The translations under genes and the position numbers were made by a program. The notes under the pieces are model-generated. The model had not been told where the DNA came from. It saw only the letters and a list, made by a program, of their open reading frames with translations, and ran no database searches. A stretch of 13,183 nt of DNA from a candidate division WOR-3 bacterium (lineage in GTDB: Bacteria > Hydrothermota > Hydrothermia > JBDRYB01): assembly GCA_049969615.1 (NCBI GenBank), contig JBMFOM010000056.1, forward strand, positions 1-13,183, in the 5' to 3' direction. Positions 7,719 through 13,183 of the stretch are shown piece after piece (the stretch's first letter is position 1; the number at the start of each line of letters is the position of its first letter).

Positions 7719-7847
7719 AACCATTTGATCCCGTTCTCCCAAGGTGCCGTTTGGCCGAACCGGAATTCATATTGCTCAGAATCCTTGTGTTGACGACAAT
7801 TTCGGTGCATCGCGTTGTGTTTTGGCCCAAAACCGGGCCTGGAAGAT

Positions 7848-7869
7848 TGCGCGGGAAATGGGTTATAAT
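7848..7869 (+). promoter_or_regulatory. Promoter segment ending in TATAAT, upstream of the outer-membrane barrel gene
   Basis: tgcgcgggaaatgggttataat is 21/22 identical to the reverse complement of 11473-11494. AAGGGAG SD and ATG 7898 lie downstream. Confidence 0.7.
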
Positions 7870-7897
7870 CTCACCCGCATATAAAGGGAGTATAGCA

Positions 7898-8992
7898 ATG
7901 CGAAACGCGCTGAGTTTGCTGGTGCTTGCTGGCCTTGCCATGGCAACGGAAACCAGGGTCGCGGCCATGGGCAATCTCTATCAATTCATTCTTGACGATG
8001 AGGCGCTGGTCATCCGCGATAACCCCGCATATGTGGCGAAGTTCCCGAACCTCTCGGTTACTGAGATGTCAACCCAGCAAGACCTTGTCCTCGGAAAGGC
8101 ATATGGAGGCATAATAGCGAAACAGGGGCCGATTGTCGCGGGGTTTTATCTGAACAACCCCATATACACTTTTCCGACCATTGATGGCTCCAGGGATGCC
8201 CATGGACTCACCCTGGCCATGGGTTCAGGCGAGGATTTCGCCTGGGGGGTGCGGTTCGGATACGCCTTTCACAGGGAGGGCGATACGGCCTACACCATAG
8301 ACGGAACCGCCTATTCCTTCTCACCGGGATTCACGATGCCCATCGGAAACGGCAATCTCAGCGTATCCTGTCAGCTAAGGGTTAGCTCATATTCTGATAA
8401 CTCCCTCGGCCCAGACAGCATTCTGGAGCCGGTTTCCGAGTTCTCCAACCTCGGGCTTGACATGAGATACACGAGCCCGGGGATCATCAATCTAATAGCG
8501 GGATATAGAATATACAGGAACGATAATGGCAAAAAGATAGCCGATTCCTCGGTGACAGATCTTACTACGGGTGGGTCCCTCTTCCTTGGGATTAACGGGA
8601 GGCCGCTTGACGCTGGCCTGGTGCTAGGTGGCCTTACAATAGACGCTTACAAGAGGAGGGGAAATGGTGACGCGAGTCTTGAGGAACTGAGACTTCTCGC
8701 TGGCCTGGGTTCGGAGATGAACATCTGGAGGTGGTTCATCTTTCGTTCCAACATGTCAAAGTTCCTTTTCATCTATAGGCAAGAGAGGGTGGCTGATCCG
8801 GATAACCCCTATACCTTCATAGGTTCATCGGGCTTCGTGGGCAGTTTCGGGATGGGCATTGTCTTCGGCTCCGCGAGGCTGGATGCTACCCTGAGCGAGG
8901 ACCTCCTCTACAATGGACCGTATTTCCTGACAGGGAACGATTCCAAGTTTGTCATGGCGCTGGCTTTCCTGTACAGGTTTGGGAGAGGATAG
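7898..8992 (+). CDS. Outer-membrane beta-barrel protein, FadL/OmpP1/PorV-like N-terminal plug motif
   Basis: Start reassigned from 7682 to ATG 7898 (GGGAG SD; signal peptide MRNALSLLVLAGLAMA). The mature N-terminus TRVAAMG...DD......NPA resembles the FadL/PorV plug. Many amphipathic beta-strands, with last strand FVMALAFLYRF. Confidence 0.7.
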   Translation: MRNALSLLVLAGLAMATETRVAAMGNLYQFILDDEALVIRDNPAYVAKFPNLSVTEMSTQQDLVLGKAYGGIIAKQGPIVAGFYLNNPIYTFPTIDGSRDAHGLTLAMGSGEDFAWGVRFGYAFHREGDTAYTIDGTAYSFSPGFTMPIGNGNLSVSCQLRVSSYSDNSLGPDSILEPVSEFSNLGLDMRYTSPGIINLIAGYRIYRNDNGKKIADSSVTDLTTGGSLFLGINGRPLDAGLVLGGLTIDAYKRRGNGDASLEELRLLAGLGSEMNIWRWFIFRSNMSKFLFIYRQERVADPDNPYTFIGSSGFVGSFGMGIVFGSARLDATLSEDLLYNGPYFLTGNDSKFVMALAFLYRFGRG

Positions 8993-9115
8993 GGTTTTGC
9001 CGAACAGGTCAACGTTCCGACGGGCCCCCAGAGGCTTTTTCGTGTGGCACAGAAGGGAGAACCTCGGTTCTGGGTCGTTCGTTTGGCCCAAGTCCGAAGA
9101 GATCTGGGTCTGACT

Positions 9116-9442
9116 CTATTCTGTTTCGGGCTTCTCCTGTGAGAACTGAGGCACGAAACCTATTCTCTTGCCTTCCTCCTCACCAGGTATCCTTATCTCG
9201 CCGAAGCGAGCTTCGTATTTCTTTATGTTGTCCTCTATGGTACGGAGGAGCAGTTTCGCGTGCTGGGGGGTCATTATGACCCTGGACTCAACCTTTACCT
9301 TTTGGACGCCGGGAACAACCCTGCCAAAATCAAAAACGAATTCCGATGGGCTGTGGGTTATCAGGACGAAGTTGGAATAGGTCCCGTCCCAAGCGTTGTC
9401 CGGGAGCTCTATTTGCAGGTGCGGAGGGGGTATCTCTTTCAT
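9116..9442 (-). CDS. DUF3467 domain-containing protein
   Basis: QIEL...GTYSNFVLITHSPSEFVFDF...KVKVESRVIMTPQHAKLLLRTIEDNIKKYEARFGEI is the characteristic DUF3467 pattern. ATGA overlap with the peptidase stop. Confidence 0.9.
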   Translation of the reverse strand: MKEIPPPHLQIELPDNAWDGTYSNFVLITHSPSEFVFDFGRVVPGVQKVKVESRVIMTPQHAKLLLRTIEDNIKKYEARFGEIRIPGEEEGKRIGFVPQFSQEKPETE

Positions 9443-11463
9443 TGTTTCACCACCTTTAATGAGACCAGGCGTTTACCGTCAACCCGGAACTCAGTGAAAT
9501 AAAGCCCCGATGGGAGGTTGGAGAGGCTAACGCCCATGGCGTTACGGCCTTCTGATGCGAGGAGTTTTTCCTTGGCCGCGAGCCTGCCGTCAACGCCATA
9601 TAGCCTCAGTTCCGCCAGAGAGTTTCCTGGGGCCAAAAATTCAACCCGGAACATGTCCCTGGCGGGTACCGGGCCTATGGACAGGAGACGCGTTTCGGTT
9701 ATCTCGCCCGGGCCCTCGGCTATGCCGGTCTGAACCGTGTGCTCGTCTACTATCCAGTTATCCGGGTCAAACTTGATGGCAGTGGGTTTTCCGGATAAGA
9801 TGAACGAGAAGTTCTGAGTTTCAAGGCTATCCCACACAACCACGCTCGTATCCAGGCTTGTTCCGGTGAATTTCAGGGGAACGGGCATCTTAAATGTTGG
9901 CACCCCGTAGTCGTGGGATTGGATCTGGTTTATGGTGAGGTTGACCTGCCAGAGTCCTGAACCCAGAGAATCCCTACTCCATATCACCCTGTATTTGGGA
10001 TAACCGGGTTTGTATAGCCACTCATCAAAGAACCAGTCCAGGGTCAATCCAGTGAATGCGGCGTATTCCTGGGTAAAATCCCTCGTCAGGGCATATGATC
10101 CAGCGTGGTTGCTCCTGTAGTAGCGGAGCGCGGCCCAGAACGCCGCGGTGTCGCCTCCGAGCATATATTCTGTGACCCTCCTGAGGGAATGTAGCACACA
10201 GCCGGCCTTGTCGTATGTCTCAACCGAAAAGAGTTCCTCAAGGGTCTGGCCAGGGTTGTATATGGGTATGGGGGGCCAGGTCTGGTATTGAAGGTATATC
10301 CGCATCCTGACCGAGTCAATCCAGTATTGATACATGCTCGGTCCAAGATACCAACCCCACCAGACGGCCTCGGAGAATGTGGCGAACCCTTCGTTCAGCC
10401 ATATGTCCGGCCATGTGCCGCAGGTAACATGGTCTCCCCACCATTGGTGGGAGAGCTCGTGGGCCTGGACCCAAATGGTCCTCATTGAATCCCCATATAT
10501 GCCGAACCCAGTGAATGTGTTGGTCTGGTTCTCCATCGCGCCACCCAGCTCGTCAATCTGGACCTGGGAATATTTCTGATCCATGAAGGGATAAACCCCG
10601 TAGAGAGCGCAGTAGCCCTCCATGGCCTTTGGCAGGAGCTTGTAGTCAATCTCCGCGTTCGCCGAGTCAGCGTGGGATACATAGTGGATTATCTGGAGGG
10701 TGTCTCCGGCCCAGACAAATGTGTCCTTGAAAGTGGCGAAATCATATGCGGCAAAAGCGACAAGGTAGCTCGCTATGGGGTGGTTGTTGACCCAGTGGTA
10801 TGTCCACCAGCTAGGCCCGTGGGATGAGTCCGCGAGGATGCCATTGGCCACGACCCTCCACCCAGCGGGAACGGTCGCTGTTATCTCTGATGTCGCCTTC
10901 TCAGATGGGATGTCAATGCAGGGGAACCAGTGCCGAGCGCCCCACGGCTGGTCATCCGTGTAGCAGATGGTGTCTCCTATGGTAAGTCCACCGGAGGATA
11001 TTATGCCGGAGGGGTGGGTTGGTTTTCCATGGTAGAACACGGAGAGGGTATCTATCCGGCCTGGCGAGGGCGATGGGATCTGAACCACCAGGAGCCTCCC
11101 AGTGTCAGAACGGCCGAAGAACCAGGTCGCGGATGAGGTATCCAAAAGAACCGAATCCAGAACTAGCCCGAGATAAGGCGTTGCGCTCATTGAGTCCACG
11201 AAGTTGAGCCAGAGCAAACCGGTGTCCCTGATTATCTGGAACTCCACATCGCACCTGCCAGAGGCTATGCTATCCCCGACCGTGTCTACGGTCAGGCTTA
11301 TGTCGTAGTGGAGTATGTCCCATGGTAGGTTGGGGGGTACGGTGTCCAGGGACATGATGCCCCAGCGCTCCGCAAGCCTGAGTTTCTCGTCCATGGCCCT
11401 GACTTCCTCCAGGGAAGGAAGCCCTGAGGGTCCTGTAAGGCTAAGCAATAAAAACATGTTCAT
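9439..11463 (-). CDS. M1 family zinc aminopeptidase with C-terminal T9SS type-A-like sorting domain
   Basis: GGAMEN exopeptidase motif, HELSH-x18-E (HELSHQWWG...WLNEGFA), catalytic Tyr motif TYDKAG, ARHWFPC.D.P..KA. C-terminal PVPARD...LRLYGVDGRL...LSNLPSGLYF...KVVKQ. The ORF-track start 11484 spans a TATAAT, so the real start is likely GTG 11466, ATG 11463 or ATG 11457. Confidence 0.92.
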   Translation of the reverse strand: MNMFLLLSLTGPSGLPSLEEVRAMDEKLRLAERWGIMSLDTVPPNLPWDILHYDISLTVDTVGDSIASGRCDVEFQIIRDTGLLWLNFVDSMSATPYLGLVLDSVLLDTSSATWFFGRSDTGRLLVVQIPSPSPGRIDTLSVFYHGKPTHPSGIISSGGLTIGDTICYTDDQPWGARHWFPCIDIPSEKATSEITATVPAGWRVVANGILADSSHGPSWWTYHWVNNHPIASYLVAFAAYDFATFKDTFVWAGDTLQIIHYVSHADSANAEIDYKLLPKAMEGYCALYGVYPFMDQKYSQVQIDELGGAMENQTNTFTGFGIYGDSMRTIWVQAHELSHQWWGDHVTCGTWPDIWLNEGFATFSEAVWWGWYLGPSMYQYWIDSVRMRIYLQYQTWPPIPIYNPGQTLEELFSVETYDKAGCVLHSLRRVTEYMLGGDTAAFWAALRYYRSNHAGSYALTRDFTQEYAAFTGLTLDWFFDEWLYKPGYPKYRVIWSRDSLGSGLWQVNLTINQIQSHDYGVPTFKMPVPLKFTGTSLDTSVVVWDSLETQNFSFILSGKPTAIKFDPDNWIVDEHTVQTGIAEGPGEITETRLLSIGPVPARDMFRVEFLAPGNSLAELRLYGVDGRLAAKEKLLASEGRNAMGVSLSNLPSGLYFTEFRVDGKRLVSLKVVKQ

Positions 11464-11472
11464 CACCCACAA

Positions 11473-11501
11473 ATTATAACCCATTTCCCGTGCAGGATCA
11501 T
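11473..11501 (-). promoter_or_regulatory. sigma70-type promoter (ATGATC-N17-TATAAT) for the M1 peptidase-DUF3467 operon, likely leaderless or very short leader
   Basis: Minus strand reads ATGATCctgcacgggaaatgggtTATAATttgtggGTGATG. It shares 15/16 with 85-100 and 21/22 with 7848-7869. Confidence 0.7.
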
Positions 11502-11594
11502 GTATTAGGAAAACTGGGCGAACTCATGCCGATGTTTTTAAGCCCTTATGGTTCTACGGGACCCCAGGTTTTGCCGCGGTCGGGTTCCGAAGAT

Positions 11595-11644
11595 AGGAGC
11601 TCCTCTCCCAAACCAGTAGGTTATCGCTACTTTATCAGGGGTCT
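11595..11644 (+). repeat. Dispersed intergenic repeat copy (homologous to reverse complement of 3980-4029)
   Basis: 31/36 identity over 11609-11644. Begins with the perfect palindrome AGGAGCTCCT (11595-11604). Confidence 0.85.
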
Positions 11645-11763
11645 TGATGTTTCAATATTCACAGCTTGCCATAAAATCCGGGTTATTGCACAGAAGCAAG
11701 ACCTGCGCTTTCTCTCCGGATTAAAGCTAGAGCGACTTATTTACCCGGCTCCCTTGCCTGCGT

Positions 11764-11769
11764 TATGCT
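11764..11769 (+). promoter_or_regulatory. Possible -10 (TATGCT) for a leaderless glycosyltransferase transcript
   Basis: TATGCT-N7-GTG(11777) with TTTACC 18 nt upstream and no purine-rich SD before the GTG. Confidence 0.35.
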
Positions 11770-11776
11770 TTGTCCT

Positions 11777-13051
11777 GTGAAAAAGCCCCTACTGGTATTC
11801 TGCATAGCCGTCGGGTTCAGATGCCTGGTGTCCGCGCCGGCGCTCTTGAACCCAGAAAGGGCATATGGCATAGACACGAAGGGTTATCTGGCAATAGCTG
11901 ACAACCTGGCCGCAGGGAATGGGTTTTCCTGGGACAGCGAACCGCCTTTCCAGCAGAACATCGTAAGGACACCGCCATATCCGCTCATTCTCTCTGCCCT
12001 GTATTCGCCATTTCAGGACGAGAGACCCGCGCTGATCTTCCAGATAATCCTTGGGGGAGTCCTGGCGGTCCTGGTGTTCTTCCTGGGACAGAGGGTCTCC
12101 GGGGGCGGGTTCGCACCGGGATTACTCGCGGCGTGCGACCCATTCACAGCGCTGTTCGGCGCTATCCTCTACACCGAGACCCTGTTTGCGGTTCTCTTGA
12201 CCCTGGGCGCCCTGCTCCTGTTTAACAAGAGGAATACGCTCGCCGGCTTGACAATGGGCCTCGCGTGCCTGACAAGGCCATCAGGCATAGCCCTCGCGCT
12301 CGCTGGAATGTATCCCGCCTGGAAAAGGGACTGGCGAGGGCTTTGTGGCTTCCTCTGGGGATTCGTTATTTTGCCGTTGATGTGGGCGCTCAGGAACTAT
12401 CTGGTCTCAGGGCTTTTCACCCTCTCCTCGGTCTCGGATGTAAATCTGTATGTGTTCCTCGGTCCGATGACCAGGGTTGAGGCGAAGCGGATAAGCTACG
12501 AGGAGGCGTGGAAGGCATCACGAACAGACCTTTATCAGCAGTATGACACGGATCCGTGGCGTGCGGCGAACGATCCGGATTTCGTCCGGAAGGCAAGGAC
12601 AGAGGGACTCCGTGAGATAGCGGGGCACCCCGCGGCCTTTGCCAGAATATATATCAAGGGAATGGTGAGGGGCCTGGGCGGCCTGGATTTCAACCTGCCA
12701 TCAGGGGTCCTGGCTGAACATCAGAAAACACAGGGTTCCCTCACCGGGGCAATAGCCGCGCTCCTGCGCGGGGATCCGGGGGGATTCTTTGCCGGCATCG
12801 CGGAGAGGATGAGGGGGACATCGCCGATTGCCCTGCTTTATACCCTATATTCCTGGTTATTTCTGGGCCTTCTCTACATCCTTGCCGCAAGGGGAACCAG
12901 GCCGAAGCCGGAACAGATCACCTGCCTGGTCCTGACCCTGGGCCTCATAGCTGTCGCGGGGCCGCTCGCCTCGTTTAGGTTCAGGACTCCTGGCCAGGGA
13001 CTGCTTGAGGGCATGGCCAGGTGGGAAAGCAGAGCAAGGCCAGAAGGGTAG
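11777..13051 (+). CDS. GT-C fold integral membrane glycosyltransferase (GT39/ArnT/PMT-like)
   Basis: First loop DTKGYLAIADNLAAGNGFS, RTPPYPLIL, YTETLF, LACLTRP, WALRNY and a late RFR motif, with multiple TM helices. Start preferred at GTG 11777 (MKKPLLV); the ORF track gives ATG 11765. Confidence 0.8.
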   Translation: MKKPLLVFCIAVGFRCLVSAPALLNPERAYGIDTKGYLAIADNLAAGNGFSWDSEPPFQQNIVRTPPYPLILSALYSPFQDERPALIFQIILGGVLAVLVFFLGQRVSGGGFAPGLLAACDPFTALFGAILYTETLFAVLLTLGALLLFNKRNTLAGLTMGLACLTRPSGIALALAGMYPAWKRDWRGLCGFLWGFVILPLMWALRNYLVSGLFTLSSVSDVNLYVFLGPMTRVEAKRISYEEAWKASRTDLYQQYDTDPWRAANDPDFVRKARTEGLREIAGHPAAFARIYIKGMVRGLGGLDFNLPSGVLAEHQKTQGSLTGAIAALLRGDPGGFFAGIAERMRGTSPIALLYTLYSWLFLGLLYILAARGTRPKPEQITCLVLTLGLIAVAGPLASFRFRTPGQGLLEGMARWESRARPEG

Positions 13052-13183
13052 CCCGGGGTCCTTGCACACTGGGTCATGAGATCATCTCCATCTCCATGAT
13101 ATAGCGGTGATCCTTCACCCGGTTGGCCTGTTGGCCTACTACTGGCCCCGGATTGACCCTGGCCATTAAAATATGGACATGAA

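Noticed and set aside
7682-7897. 72-aa N-terminal extension of the barrel ORF
   Set aside because: It overlaps the previous gene and crosses the repeat and promoter region. The SD and signal peptide point to ATG 7898.
9021-9072. Intrinsic terminator between the convergent barrel and DUF3467 genes
   Set aside because: The stem before the T5 run has only 3 Watson-Crick pairs plus GU pairs, and agaac-ctcg-gttct has no U-tract. Too weak to call.
2591-11700. Integron attC array or CRISPR array as the explanation for the intergenic repeats
   Set aside because: No RYYYAAC...GTTRRRY paired ends, genes lie in both orientations, and there is no integrase or cas gene. Repeats are degenerate and not regularly spaced.
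13074-13181. Minus-strand partial frame beginning HVHIL (HUH-transposase-like) at the window edge
   Set aside because: Only 35 codons are visible and it ends without the downstream catalytic Tyr region. It cannot be supported without flanking sequence.

Overview
Cell-envelope and secreted-protein region of a diderm bacterium. The short T9SS-type C-terminal sorting domains and very short N-terminal signals suggest an FCB-related lineage such as WOR-3, but that is inference only. It holds about 11 CDS: an SPFH/band-7 protein; two paralogous Gly-rich beta-propeller proteins with T9SS-like C-terminal domains; two tandem CsgG/FlgT-like + outer-membrane beta-barrel fusions; a small 4-Cys protein paired with a small membrane protein of lower GC; a FadL/PorV-like outer-membrane barrel; DUF3467; an M1 aminopeptidase with a T9SS-like domain; and a GT-C glycosyltransferase. 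I found no rRNA, tRNA, CRISPR array or transposase. The most unexpected signal is non-coding. Almost every intergenic spacer shares degenerate, often collinear sequence blocks (best pairs 31/36, 21/22, 22/25, 15/16), mostly oriented with the neighbouring gene, and some end in near-identical sigma70-type promoters with a (T/A)TGATC -35. This looks like a dispersed promoter-carrying repeat family. Several genes also appear leaderless or have ultra-short, charge-free signal peptides. All alignments and family calls were made by eye.
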